From: Kiritimatiellia bacterium
GTDB lineage: Bacteria > Verrucomicrobiota > Kiritimatiellia > CAIVKH01
Assembly: GCA_039807095.1 (NCBI GenBank)
Contig: JBDHQM010000005.1
Location: forward strand, 39,033 to 103,032
Reading direction: 5' to 3'
Length of the DNA: 64,000 bases
The notes under the pieces were generated by a model that was not told the DNA's origin, made no database searches, and saw nothing but the letters and a program-made list of their open reading frames with translations. This document shows, in pieces, positions 1 to 11,492 of the stretch. Position numbers and translations under genes: made by a program. How positions within the stretch are numbered: the stretch's first letter is position 1; every line of letters starts with the position of its first letter.

Positions 1-545
1 CCGGGGTCAATATCAAGGGCTTCCGCATCGGCGGCAGCAAGAGCACGGCGCAGATCACCGCGATCATCACGCTGACGGACACGACCACGGGTGAAATCGT
101 GGCCAAAGAGCGTGTAGTCGGCAAGGCGGGCGGCGCGGGTGTCCGGCTTGGATATTGGGGTGCGATCGGCGGTGAAATTGGTGGATTTGCGAAGACGCCG
201 ATGGGCGAGGCTGCGCAGGACGTGATTGATCAGGCCGTCAAATTCCTGGCGACAAAAATGGAAGTTTTTCCGTTCGAGGGCAGCGTGATTAAGGTCACGG
301 ATCGCGGGCAGATCATCATCAACCGCGGGTCGGAATTCGGCGTGGAAGTGGGGCAGAAGCTCGTCATGGTTTCTGAAGGCGAAGAGCTGATTGATCCCGA
401 CACGGGCGCATTGCTCGGATCGGAAGAGGGCGAAGAAATCGGTCGTGCGACAGTGTCGAAGGTGTCGGAGAAAGTCGCGTATGCCGACATCACCAGCGGC
501 GATAAAAACCCGGACGTGGGAACCGTTGTCAAAGCTGCGCAATAG
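1..545 (+). CDS. CsgG/HfaB-like protein with FlgT-like C-terminal domain (5' truncated by window)
   Basis: Frame open from base 3; DTTTGEI and IIINRGSEFGVEVG...IDPDTGALLG motifs. Confidence 0.65.
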   Translation, partial: GVNIKGFRIGGSKSTAQITAIITLTDTTTGEIVAKERVVGKAGGAGVRLGYWGAIGGEIGGFAKTPMGEAAQDVIDQAVKFLATKMEVFPFEGSVIKVTDRGQIIINRGSEFGVEVGQKLVMVSEGEELIDPDTGALLGSEEGEEIGRATVSKVSEKVAYADITSGDKNPDVGTVVKAAQ

Positions 546-565
546 AGCGAGAGCTATTTGGTAGG

Positions 566-600
566 AAAAGAGCCGGAGCGCAAACTCCGGCTCTTTTTTT
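566..600 (+). terminator. Rho-independent terminator
   Basis: AAAAGAGCCGGAG-cgcaaa-CTCCGGCTCTTTTTTTT. Confidence 0.85.
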
Positions 601-632
601 GTGTAGATGCGGCATCCATGCCGTGTGATCCC

Positions 633-1060
633 GGAACGCCGATCTCCCGATCGGCATCTTCTCCACTGCCACTTTTCTGCTCTGGGATTGGAGTCAAACA
701 GAAGGGCACAAAGAGCGCAAAGGGGAGGCAAAGTTGATGAGGGATGTGGTCGTTGTTTCGGATTATTGCCAGTATGCGCGTCCACGGAGTGGTCGCGCCA
801 CCATTACAGAACTCAGTGGAGGTGGCCCGCGCACTCCGCTGCGCGAGCAGACGCGCCCACGGAGTGGTCGCGGCACCTTTGCTCGGGATGGCGTGGATTT
901 TCCAATGGAGTTTGAGTCGCGAATCGCGAGAGCGATAGCGATTGCGAAATGAGGGGAGGCGAGAGCTGATTTGTACCCTCTGCGCATCCACGGAGTGGCC
1001 GCGCCACCTTTGCTCAGGATGGCGCGGAGCTCTTGAAAAGAGATAAATTTCCGTCTGCAG
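633..1060. repeat. Composite REP-like element, same family as 53255-53850
   Basis: GGAACGCCGATCTCCCGATCGGC, AACAGAAGGGCACAAAGAGCGCAAAG and three CCACGGAGTGG hairpins between convergent genes. Confidence 0.8.
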
Positions 1061-1117
1061 AGTGACCCGCCTGCAAGGCTGCGCGTAGCGCGGCAGGCGA
1101 GATGCTCTGTTGCTGCG

Positions 1118-3298
1118 CTATTCGTCGGATTCGTCGTCGAAGTCGGGGTCGTAGTCGTCGAGAAGGGAGGGGGTGTCGAGGGTGGGGTGAATGGCGTCGC
1201 TGTCTTCATCGGCGCCGGGTTGGCTGAGCTGTTGTTGTGTGGCTGCGTCTTCGCGAAGGGGGGCGAGGTCTATGCCTTGTTTTTCGAGTTTCGCCGCGAC
1301 TTTTTCGTTTGCGGGGTCGAGGAGGAATGATTTTTTCCACCAGTCCACGGCTTCTTCAATGACGCCGAGTTTTTCATACACATCGCCGAGGTGGTCGGTG
1401 AGGGTGGGGTCGTTGGGAAGGATGGAGATGGCGCGTTCGATGTCGTCGCGCGCTTCGGAATATTTTCCCTGCATGAAATAGATCCATCCGCGGGTGTCGA
1501 GGAAGGCGGCGTTGTCGGGGAGGGCGTCGAGCGCTTCGTTGATGAGGAGGAGGCCGCGGTCGAGGTCTTCGCCGCGTTCGGCGCGCATGTAGGCGATGTA
1601 GTTGAGGGAGTCTACATAGGCGCCGTATTCCTGCTGGTTATCGGCAGAGGGTTTGAGGGCGAGGCATTTTTCGAATTGTTCGATGGCGAGATCGAAGTGG
1701 CCTGCGCGTTCTGCGGTTGCGCCGTACCAGAAGTAGAAGGTGGGGGTGAGGGTTTCGTCCCGGGTGTCCTCTTCCTGCGCAATTTTTTGTGCCTGAGCGA
1801 AGGCGTCCATTGCGGCGGGGTAGTTTTTGGCGGAGCTTTGAATCAGGCCGATGTAGGTGAAGATAGTGGCGTTTGCGGGGTCGAGGGTGCTGAGTTCGGT
1901 CAGGGCTGCGATGCCTTGTTCAAGAGTTTCCGGTGTTTGTTCGCGCAGGAGGATGCGGACGAAGATGTCGAGAAGGGGTGTTTCGCTTGCGAGCGACGCC
2001 TTTAGCAGTGCGGCGGCCTCGGTGGGGTGTCCGGCTTGCAGGCAGGTGAGGAGGTAGCTGGCGGCAAAGCGCGGGGAGAGGGGTTGCGTGTCCGTCTTCT
2101 TCAGTGCGGCATCGGCTTGTGCGAAGTAGTTGAGTGCGTCCGCCGGTTTTTCTTTGGCGACGTTGAGGTAGGCCATGAATTCGAGGAGGCGCGCGTTGCC
2201 GGGGTGGCTGGCGAGGGCGGTGGTGAAGAGAGTCTCGGCTTCGTCAATGCGCTTTTCTGTGCTGAGGAGGAGGCCGAGTCGAAGGATGGGAGCGAGATCG
2301 TCCGGATCGGCGCGCATGGCCCGGCGAAATGCGTCTTCTGCTTTGTCGCGCGAGCGGGCTTGTTCTTCCAGATGTCCGAGGGTGAGGAGCAGGCGCGGGT
2401 TATCGGGGTCATTTTCTACGAGCTGGCGAATGGCGGGCAGTGCGGCTTCCGCATCGCCCTGGAACATGGCGGCGACGCGAATCTGGCGCCAGCGGTTATC
2501 GTCGGGTTGCAGGTCTTCAATTTGGGCCAGTCGCTCCAGGGAGGCGGTGTAGTTGCCTGCGAGTTTGGAAAGGAGCGCCATTTGGAGGAGGAGCACTTCA
2601 TCGCGTGGTCCTTTTTGCGCGTAGGGCTCCAGGGCGAGGATAGCTTCGTTTGCCTTGTTGGTTGCGGCGGTAGTATCGCGTTCTTCGATGACCTGGCGGA
2701 TATAGATTTGCCCGGCCATGCGGGTCATGTCTTCCGAGTCGCGCACGCGCTTCAAGCCGGATTTCAGGAGGTCAATGGCTTCGGCAGAGCGGCCGGTGCG
2801 CACGAGGACGGCTGCTTTTTCGAGATAGCCTGCTGCGGAGGTGGGCGCGGCTTTGATTGCCTGCTCATAATAAAAGAGGGCTTTTTCCGGATTTCCCGTG
2901 AGGCGTTCGATGAATGCGGCGGAGAGTTGCGCCTGTTCGGAATGCGGGCGACGTTCTGCGAGGCGCTGCGTGATGGCGCGCGCTTCTTCCTGTCGCTGTG
3001 CGCTGATCAACGCGAGCGCGACGCGGGACTGAAGCTCTTCATTGTCCGGATTCAGCTCAGCCGCGCGCAGGAAATTCGAGAATGCGGCTGCGTCCTGCCC
3101 ACTCCAATCCTGTCCGACCGCAGTGCCGTAGTACGCCAAGCTGTTGGCGAAGGCTGCGCGTTCGGCGGATAGGGGGCGGATATCCGCATTGGAATCGGGC
3201 GATGACGTGCCTGCGTTGCGTGGACTGACGCAACCGCATACCACAGCGAGCAGGCACACTACCGACGTGTGCTGAACATGAAGTGTCCAGCGTTTCAC
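1118..3298 (-). CDS. TPR-repeat lipoprotein
   Basis: Lipobox-like VVCGC; many TPRs; LNYIAY...A+LDT.GW+YF..G C-terminal motif. Confidence 0.85.
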   Translation of the reverse strand: MKRWTLHVQHTSVVCLLAVVCGCVSPRNAGTSSPDSNADIRPLSAERAAFANSLAYYGTAVGQDWSGQDAAAFSNFLRAAELNPDNEELQSRVALALISAQRQEEARAITQRLAERRPHSEQAQLSAAFIERLTGNPEKALFYYEQAIKAAPTSAAGYLEKAAVLVRTGRSAEAIDLLKSGLKRVRDSEDMTRMAGQIYIRQVIEERDTTAATNKANEAILALEPYAQKGPRDEVLLLQMALLSKLAGNYTASLERLAQIEDLQPDDNRWRQIRVAAMFQGDAEAALPAIRQLVENDPDNPRLLLTLGHLEEQARSRDKAEDAFRRAMRADPDDLAPILRLGLLLSTEKRIDEAETLFTTALASHPGNARLLEFMAYLNVAKEKPADALNYFAQADAALKKTDTQPLSPRFAASYLLTCLQAGHPTEAAALLKASLASETPLLDIFVRILLREQTPETLEQGIAALTELSTLDPANATIFTYIGLIQSSAKNYPAAMDAFAQAQKIAQEEDTRDETLTPTFYFWYGATAERAGHFDLAIEQFEKCLALKPSADNQQEYGAYVDSLNYIAYMRAERGEDLDRGLLLINEALDALPDNAAFLDTRGWIYFMQGKYSEARDDIERAISILPNDPTLTDHLGDVYEKLGVIEEAVDWWKKSFLLDPANEKVAAKLEKQGIDLAPLREDAATQQQLSQPGADEDSDAIHPTLDTPSLLDDYDPDFDDESDE

Positions 3299-3465
3299 GA
3301 ATCCCCAATATATTGAGAGCGAGGGGTTAACCCCAGCTACGTTTTTTATGACGAGAGAGACGCAAACGTTTACGGCGTTTGTGTTTGGCCATCTTCGTGC
3401 GTCGCTTCTTCTTTACAGAACCCATATTTGCCTCTTTGGACCCTTAAATCTTCAAACGATTCAAT

Positions 3466-4347
3466 CTAGGGGATAATTTTGTTCAAGGAAAGTTCAATAA
3501 TGCCTTCTGCGCCCGCAGCTTTCAACTTCGGAATGAGTGTCCGGAGCGCGGGGGTGTCCACCACCGTTTCGACTGCATACCAGCCGCTGCCGCTGAGGGG
3601 CATGACGGTGGGCGATTGCAGGGCGGGAAGAAGGGCTGTGACGGCCTTGAGATTGCTCTCGCTGACGTTGAGCTTGAGCAGGACCTTGTTTTCAGCGGCG
3701 AGGACGCTGCGCAAAAGCAGCGCGAAATTTTCAATCTTTTCGCGCTTCCACGCATCCGCCCACGATTTCTTGTTGGCGATGAGGCGCGTGGTGGATTCCA
3801 GCACGGTGTCCACAATGCGCAGATTGTTTGCGCGCAGAGAAGAGCCGGTTTCGGTGATTTCTACAATTGCATCCACGAGTTCCGGGGCTTTGACTTCGGT
3901 CGCGCCCCACGAAAACTCGACTTCCGCCTGTACGCCGTGGCGGGCGAGGTATTGCTTTGTCAATCCGACCGCTTCCGTCGCGATGCGTTTGCCCTGCAGG
4001 TCCTTGGCGGACTGGATGGGCGACGCATTGGGGACGGCCAGCACCCAGCGGACGGGGCGGAGTTCCTGCTTGGAATAGACGAGGTTGGCGACTTCGTGCA
4101 CGTCCGACTGATTTTCCGTGATCCAGTCGAAGCCGGTGAGTCCTGCGTCGAGCAGGCCCTGTTCGACATAGCGGCTGATTTCCTGTGCGCGGATCAGGCG
4201 CGCTTCGATTTCGGGGTCATCCACCGTGGGGATGTAGGAGCGCGATCCGACGGAGATGGAAAATCCCGCCTTCTTCATCATTGCGAATGTTGATTCCTGA
4301 AGGCTGCCCTTCGGAATGCCCAATACAATTTTGTTACCAGTCGCCAT
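3466..4347 (-). CDS. hisG: ATP phosphoribosyltransferase (long form)
   Basis: [38 protein letters not shown]. Confidence 0.97.
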   Translation of the reverse strand: MATGNKIVLGIPKGSLQESTFAMMKKAGFSISVGSRSYIPTVDDPEIEARLIRAQEISRYVEQGLLDAGLTGFDWITENQSDVHEVANLVYSKQELRPVRWVLAVPNASPIQSAKDLQGKRIATEAVGLTKQYLARHGVQAEVEFSWGATEVKAPELVDAIVEITETGSSLRANNLRIVDTVLESTTRLIANKKSWADAWKREKIENFALLLRSVLAAENKVLLKLNVSESNLKAVTALLPALQSPTVMPLSGSGWYAVETVVDTPALRTLIPKLKAAGAEGIIELSLNKIIP

Positions 4348-4437
4348 AGCTATTCCTTACCAAACAAGCGGGCTACGCTATCGCACCATGTCGCATCCGG
4401 CAACCGGAATGTTGTGATTTGGTGCGATTCCGTGTTT

Positions 4438-5058
4438 TCAGTCGTTGAGGCGGATCACGCGGCGCCCTTCAATGGTGAGTCGTCCGCGCGCGAGCAGGCG
4501 TAGGGCCTCGACATACGCGATGCGTTCCTGCGTCTGGATTCGTTTGTGCAGTGATTCGGGCGTGTCGCGGTCGTGAACGAGTACGGTGCGCTGCAGAATG
4601 ATCGGGCCGGTATCCGTTCCCTCATCCACAAAATGTACGGTGCAGCCGGAATAGCGCACTCCATAGTTAAGCGCCTGCTCCCACGCGTTCAGGCCGGGGA
4701 ACGACGGAAGGAGGGAGGGGTGGATGTTCAGCACGCGTTCGGGAAATGCGCGGAGGAGGCCTGGCTTCACGATTCGCATGAAGCCCGCCAGCACGACAGT
4801 ATCGGCGTTGTGCTCGCGCAGAATGGAAAGCACCTTTTGTTCAGCTTCGCCTTCGAGTTTGGATTTGGATGGTCCACAGTCTACATGAAACGCGGGTATC
4901 TCGGCATTGCGCGCGCGCTCCAGAATGAACGCATCTGCCACATCTGAAATGACGCACACGACTTTGGCCGGCAGCGCGCGCGCTGTGACTGCATCGAGAA
5001 TTGCCTGAAGGTTGCTGCCGTTGCCCGATCCGAGCACGGCGAGATTGAGAGTATCCAT
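4438..5058 (-). CDS. purN: Phosphoribosylglycinamide formyltransferase
   Basis: SGNGSNLQA, LAGFMRI, NIHPSLLP, GCTVHFV, DTGPII. Confidence 0.97.
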   Translation of the reverse strand: MDTLNLAVLGSGNGSNLQAILDAVTARALPAKVVCVISDVADAFILERARNAEIPAFHVDCGPSKSKLEGEAEQKVLSILREHNADTVVLAGFMRIVKPGLLRAFPERVLNIHPSLLPSFPGLNAWEQALNYGVRYSGCTVHFVDEGTDTGPIILQRTVLVHDRDTPESLHKRIQTQERIAYVEALRLLARGRLTIEGRRVIRLND

Positions 5059-5185
5059 CGGGCGAGAGTAAGTGCGCGTTCGCTGGATGTTTCAAGTCTG
5101 ATTGTTTGCGGAAGGAGCGATCCCGTGTGTAGCGGGTGCTTTTTCGGGCCGCGCGTTCCTGCTTTTAATCTGGTATAGTGGCGGA

Positions 5186-5740
5186 ATGGATACGCTTTTT
5201 CACGGTGTGTTGGGTGCGGTGGCGTGCAGTCGGGCGGGATTGCCCGGCGCGTTGCGCGCGGGAATGGATGTGCAGGGGCGGCGCTGGTTTCGCGATTGGA
5301 CGGTGTGGGCGGCGCTGTTTTTCGGCGTGTTTCCGGATATTGCATCGCTGGGGATTCATTTCGCGACGGATTTCTTCGCGGGGAACGGTGTGAAGTGGTC
5401 GGGGATTCCGGAGTTCGTCTTCATTCTCTATCGCGTGACGCACAGCCTGTTCGGCATTGCAGTTGGTTACAGCTTGCTCGTGTTGTGGAAGCGCGCGCTG
5501 TGGCTGCCTGCGTTGGCATGGCCGCTGCATGTATTTGTGGATTTGCCGACGCACGGCGACGGGGTGTTCCGGACGCCGATCTTCTGGCCCTTTTCCAATG
5601 CCGGATTTGTTGGGTGGAGCTGGTGGATGCACCCGTACCTATTTTTCGGTGCGTGGATCGGGCTGTTCTGCCTCTGGGTGTGGGCGATCGTGTTGCGTAT
5701 GCGCCGCAAGCGAAAGAACGAACGTGCACAGACAGGTTGA
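5186..5740 (+). CDS. Membrane-bound metal-dependent hydrolase (YdjM-like)
   Basis: MDTLFH, PD, THSL, H...D..TH, FWPF motifs; extended -10 TGGTATAGT just upstream of ATG. Confidence 0.7.
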   Translation: MDTLFHGVLGAVACSRAGLPGALRAGMDVQGRRWFRDWTVWAALFFGVFPDIASLGIHFATDFFAGNGVKWSGIPEFVFILYRVTHSLFGIAVGYSLLVLWKRALWLPALAWPLHVFVDLPTHGDGVFRTPIFWPFSNAGFVGWSWWMHPYLFFGAWIGLFCLWVWAIVLRMRRKRKNERAQTG

Positions 5741-6506
5741 AGCCTACCGACTTCGTGTTAAAGCGTTATGCGCCTGAGTCGAGGGTCCTTCCGACTCCGC
5801 GCCCGGGCTGAACGCCGGGCCTTGTCCTCGCTGGGGTCGTTTCACTTCGCGGCTTGGTACAAGGTTCACTTCGCGCGCAATCCGCCTCGCCAACAAGTTG
5901 GCATGGCGGATTGCTGGGCGCTCCGCTCACAATTTACTCAGGCGGACATTTTGCGTCCTGAAGTCCGGATTTTGCGGAGACTTCGGAACGAAAAATCTTC
6001 TTTCTCCATCGGGCTTTCACCGATGCGGCGCCATCCCATTGTCTTCTGGCGTTTGCCTGTTATGGCGCGGCATAATCTCAGCATTCAGTTCAAGCGTTAG
6101 CGCCTGAACTAAGTTCTTTACGAATCTATTTTGCGTTACGCAGTAGCGTTTCTTCCTAAAACCGCGAACTTTGGATCAGGGAACGACATTGACGGGAACG
6201 CGCCCAACCGGGCGCGGCTCCTCGTTTTGTGTTTGTCCCCTGAAAGGAGCTTCGCGGTTCCTAGGAAGAGGCGGGCACGGACTTGGATGTCCGCGCCTCT
6301 TGTGTTTTCAGGTGCCGAACAATGGATCAACAGCATTTTCTCTGCTGCGATTGCGGATGCCACGACACCGCCAACGCTTCCGGCGACAGCGTGGAGCGCC
6401 CGAAGTGCCGAAGCTGGAACGCCGGTGTTGCCGATTTGTGGGACCGCCACGAAACCATTCGACCCGACCGAGGAGAAGTAAATGTAGGAATCAAGGAGGA
6501 AGAACC

Positions 6507-9500
6507 ATGAAACGCAATCTGTTGGCATTGGCCGTTGCGCTCGCGCTGCCGTTCAGCGCGCTGGCGCAGGAAAGTCCGCAGTTCCAATCCCTCAGCGCAC
6601 TGGCCGAGCACTACCTGCAAGAGCGTGTGTGGATTGCACCCATCATCCCGCCGTTGTTGCCCTCATCGCTCGATGAACTGACGGCGATGATTCAGCAGGG
6701 CGATTTTAGCTTTCAGGATTTGAAGGGCTGGTATTTCCCGTGGGCGGACGGGCCGCACACAGTCGGCGGCGACCTTGCGGCTTATGATGGGCAGACGCTT
6801 GTTGCCTACGAAGACTTGGCGGCCGCATCCCTCAAAATCTGCACGACGGACGGTAAAGTTCTGGCCGCGTTCAAGAGCGAGCCGTTTCCCGATCTTTCCC
6901 ACTTGAAGGGCGTGGATTACGACCGCGCCATCCTTGCGGAACTGAACAAGCGATCTGTCTCCTTGTGGGTTTCCTTCGAGAACGCGAACCAAGAGAAGCC
7001 CGCCGCCTTTAGCGCATCGCTTCCGGCGTTTGGGGGCGGTGCTGGTTACAGCATGATGAGCATGGGCGGGCAGTACGAGTTGGAGGCAACCGAATTCCAG
7101 TTGACCACGAATGCGGAAATAGCCGTCACATTTGCTTGGCCCGCCGACTTCACCAACCGCCTTGACATCTACAGTTACGACGGCGACGCCTACAACGGGC
7201 TTGGCTCGTGGAAATTGGCCGACATTGGATACAGCACAGTGGGGACGAATCAACTCCGTTGGATTGACCTTGGCCAACTTGGGCGAGGACTCCCGCAAGA
7301 TGTTGGGGTCAGATTCTATGCCGCTGGAAAAGGCGGGGACGTGGATTCCGATGGTGACGGTTACGGCGATTCGTACGAGCATCTTGTTTTGAACACCGAT
7401 CCGAACAATCCCGATACGGACGGCGACGGGGTGAGCGATGGGCCGTTTGACCCGGATAACACCGGTTCCATCGTCGCAGGCCCCGACGCGTTCCCGCTCG
7501 ACGCGAGCGAGTGGCTGGACACCGATGGGGACGGCATTGGCGACAACGCGGATACTGATGACGACGGGGACGGCATCGCCGACGCGCAGGACCCCGCGCC
7601 CACGCAGCCGGTGACGGTGGCCCGGTTCAAGACTGTTTCGGTTGAAACCTCAAACCCGGTGGGCGATACCGGGACCGAAGTGTTTGACGTTTCATCTTCC
7701 GGGCGTCCGCTCCCGTACGCTTCCGGCAGTCAGGCCCGCGAAGGATTCGGGCGATTGCACGGCGGCATTTTCTTCAATAATGACGGAACAAACCTATACA
7801 TCGGAATTGCCGGATTGGAAAACGTGTTCGATGTAGGCAACAACGGCAGGAATGCTTTCATGCTGTTTCTCGACACGGACGGAACCAACGGCGGCGCGGC
7901 TTCGCTGTCCGGCGTTTCGGGAACACCCAACGCCTTCGGCATCGCCAACAATCTTTCTTTCAGTTCCAACAGCTTCACGCCCAACGTGGGTATTTTGGTG
8001 GGCAGTCGGTACGGTGATGGCCAGAACTTTTCGAGTTTCAGCATCAAAGGTGAGGATTTCGGGCAAGGCGTGTATGCGTTGTCTTCATCCTCTGCAAGCG
8101 ACTTGACCGGATTCAGCGGGACAGGCCGCCCGATTTCGCAATGGGGCGACCGGGGAGACTCCGCAAGTGCGGGCATCGAAATCGCAATTCCGTTGTCATC
8201 GCTTGGACTCTCCGCGGGCGACTATTTCAGAGCCGCCGCGATCTTTTGCAGCACGAACAACGGAACAAGCCGCTGGTTCTCGCGCGAAGCCTACGGCGAA
8301 TCCGTGACCGGCACGACGGCCAACACGTCTTCCTTCGGCTACAACAACGTAACGCTGATCGGCTCGCTGGTGTATCTTTCCTCGCAAGATGCTACGCCGA
8401 CGAATCCACCGCCTCCGGCAAATGACAATGACGTGATTTTACAGGGGTTTTACTGGAACGTGAGCAAGCCGCCGCAAAGTGTATTCAGCAGTATGAGCTT
8501 GGCGGGAACCTTCAACAACTGAAACCAAGCCGCCAACAACATGACGCTGGTTGGTGATGCCACGTGGGAGTGTATCCAAATCCTCACCAACGGGGCGGCG
8601 GTGCGCTTCAAGTTCGCCGCCAATGGAGCCTGGTCGGATCAATGGGGTATTACTGGCCAAACCAATTTCTTTTTGCCGTTCCCCGAACAGAGCGCCACCT
8701 ACGGTTCGGGCGGCGACATCGTCATTTCCAACCCGCCCAGCGGGCCGGTTCGTTTTCGTATTACCACCAGCGGCGACAAGTTCGAGGTGACGGCCGTTAC
8801 GACCGGAACGGTCACGACCTTCCTGCCCGGTTTCGCCGGAAAACGCTGGTATGCGCAACTGGCCGAAAAGGTGCAGTCCAATGAGTTCGACCGCTTCACG
8901 ATGGTTTGGCTGCCCCCGCCATCAAAGGCGAATTCCGGCGGTGGTAGCGCGGGCTACGATCCCTACGATCAGTACGACCTGGGCAAGTACAACGCGAAAG
9001 GCACCACGGCAACGTTGTACGGGACGGAAGCAGAGCTTCAAAATCTCGCCAACACGCTCAACGCTCGCGGCATTGTGCCGATGGTGGACCTTGTCTTGAA
9101 TCACATGGCGGGCGGCACAAATGCGGAAAGCGGAGTAGGCCGTTACAACTACCAGCCTGCTGCGCACGAGACGTTCGAGAAGCCGGATCCGGCGGGGAAC
9201 AACAGCAACGGCTATTTCAACGTGACCACGATGGGCGAGTCGTTCAATTATGATTGGGGACATGGAGCCTCGAACGAAACGGCGGACCTGAATCAGGAAA
9301 ACGCCTACATCCGGCAGGGGTTGAAGAACTGGGGCGCGTGGGCGTCGGCCAAGGTGGGCTATCGCGCGTATCGGTGGGACTTCACGCAAGGCATAGAGCC
9401 GTGGTTCATGCCCGAGTTCATGAATTACAGCCTGATGAAAGGCCGGTTCTCCGTCATGGAGTATTGGACGGACGCCCGCGAATCCACGGTGCGCGAACAT

Positions 9501-10175
9501 GCCACATGGTTGGCGTTGACGGATTACGCGTCCAGTTCCTTTGACTTCCCGTTGCGGGAAAAATTGCGGCAAATGTGCAATTTTAGTGGAACCTTCAACA
9601 TGTACGAACTTTCGCGGGGTGGTCTTGTTCATTCCTATCCGCAATGGGCTTGCACGTTTGCTGAAAGCCACGACACAGCGAGGGCTTATGGCGGCGATGA
9701 CGGATCAAAACTCGGCATTGCGAAGAATAAAGAGATGGCCTACGCGTACATTCTGACCGCCGAAGGAACGCCATGTGTTTTCTACCACGACTATTTCGAG
9801 CAGCCATACGCATCGTTGATAAATGGCTGGGCAGGTACGCCGCTCAAACCCTTAATCGATCCGCTGCTTGATGCACGGCGCAAGTACGCGGGCGGGACGA
9901 CCTCCTATCTCTCGACGATGAACACGAATGACCTGTATATTGCCAAGAGAAACGGGACGGATGCCAAGCCGGGCTGTATCATCGTGATTAACGACAACAT
10001 GACGACGACGCTTTATGACACGGGTGTAAACACGGGCTGGGCCAGCACGAACCTTGTTGATGCCCTGCAAACAAACGTGATCGTTTCCACGGATGGGAGC
10101 GGCGTTGTTCAATCACCGGGATTGAACGCGCCGCCGCGTGGCTATCGCGTCTTTGTGAGACAAGGAGACCTATGA
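6507..10175 (+). pseudogene. Secreted multidomain GH13 alpha-amylase (Ca-binding DxDGDG repeats, CBM-like insert) interrupted by in-frame TGA at 8520-8522
   Basis: RBS AGGAGG and signal peptide at 6507; both ORFs in the same frame; VILQGFYWNV before the stop; WLPPPSK, GYDPYD, DLVLNH, RWD, EYW, ESHD after it. Confidence 0.8.
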
Positions 10176-10978
10176 ACAAGTCCGGGCAGATAGTTGTTCT
10201 TGGGCTCTGGCTGGCCACCGCGCCAGCCAGAGCCGACATCATCAGCTACCTTCGATTCGAGGAGGGCAGCGGTGTTTATGCGGCGGACGAAACGGGCTTG
10301 ATGAACGGCGCATTGCTCGGCGGCTGGTCAACGTTCGACGCTGGTGGCGGTGATGCTGGTTACAACGGGTGGAGTACAAGCGTCTATAGTCCGACCGTTC
10401 CGCTCACCGGCGCAGCAAACTCAGGGTCTCTTCGCTTCGCGGGAGGTGGGGAATACGTGAACTTGAGCAATGCGAACAACCTCAATCTTGGCACGTCCTT
10501 CACCGTTGAATTCTTCTTTCGAGCGGAAGATCTGTCCGTGCCAAATGGAATGTTTGCATTTTCGGTTGGCAGCATTTTGGGCAGTGCGATTGACGATGCT
10601 GTCTTCGCCACATACTTACAGGGAACACTCAACATCGCACCCAACAACTTGGTTTTGCTCGATCACTGGCAACACTATGCGTTAGTCAAGCGACCGGGTG
10701 AATACAGCATCTACATTGACGGCATTTTGCAATTCAACGGCACGTTGCCCTCCGGCACGGACGGCCCCTATTTCTTCTTCGGCACAGATATTTCCGGTGA
10801 TCGGGAAATAGGCGAGGGTTTTCGTGGGTACATTGATGAATTCCGCATCAGCGACACGGCGTTTACGCCGGATCAATTCTTGATCGCGCCTGAACCCTCC
10901 ACCTTGGTTCTGGTCCTACTCGGATTTTCCGGAGTATGTGGACGACGGCTTTTGGAGACAAAAGCCGCCGGACGATAA
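10172..10978 (+). CDS. LamG-like jellyroll PEP-CTERM protein
   Basis: Signal peptide, FTVEFF, WQHYALV, GYIDEFRIS, C-terminal PEPST-hydrophobic-RR. Confidence 0.85.
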   Translation: MNKSGQIVVLGLWLATAPARADIISYLRFEEGSGVYAADETGLMNGALLGGWSTFDAGGGDAGYNGWSTSVYSPTVPLTGAANSGSLRFAGGGEYVNLSNANNLNLGTSFTVEFFFRAEDLSVPNGMFAFSVGSILGSAIDDAVFATYLQGTLNIAPNNLVLLDHWQHYALVKRPGEYSIYIDGILQFNGTLPSGTDGPYFFFGTDISGDREIGEGFRGYIDEFRISDTAFTPDQFLIAPEPSTLVLVLLGFSGVCGRRLLETKAAGR

Positions 10979-11034
10979 GACTCATGCGCCCCCCCCCAAA
11001 AAAAAGAGGGAAGAAAAGACGAGCAGGCCGAATC

Positions 11035-11492
11035 GGGCGTAGTTCACAGCGCGCATGGGCATGGGGTCCGGCTTCGTCCTCGCGGACTCGAACTTCGCCG
11101 GGACAGGTCCGGCGTCGTCCCGCTATCGCGGAACTATGCCGTGACAAGTCCGGCTTCCGCCTTCGCCCGCAGACGCAGGGCTACGGCGGACAAGTCGTCC
11201 TTCGCTGCGCTGCGGTAATGGAATGGTTTGGTCTGGCTTGCCCGGGCGTAGTTCGCAGCGCACGTGGGCATGGGGTCCGGCTTCGTCCTCGCGGACTCGA
11301 ACTTCGCCGAGACAGGTCCGGCGTCGTCCCGCTATCGCGGAACTATGCCGTGACAAGTCCGGCGTCGTCCCGCTATCGCGGAACTATGCCGTGACAAGTC
11401 CGGCTTCCGCCTTCGCCCGCAGACGCGGGGCTACGGCGGACAAGTCGTCCTCCGCTGCGCTGCGGTAATGGAATGGTTTGGTCTGGCTTGCC
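11035..11492. repeat. Nested tandem REP-like array (2 x ~209 bp, second with an extra 41 bp subunit)
   Basis: Units start GGGCGTAGTTC at 11035 and 11244; subunits GTCCGGC...GACA(A/G). Confidence 0.85.

Noticed and set aside
3360-3375. PurR-like box ACGCAAACGTTTACGG
   Set aside because: Not upstream of purN; also explicable as one arm of a hairpin downstream of hisG.
8520-8522. Genome-wide TGA recoding or selenocysteine
   Set aside because: TGA ends many genes here; the position is Trp-like, not Cys-like.
11035-11492. CRISPR array
   Set aside because: Would-be spacers are themselves repeated, and no cas genes are present.
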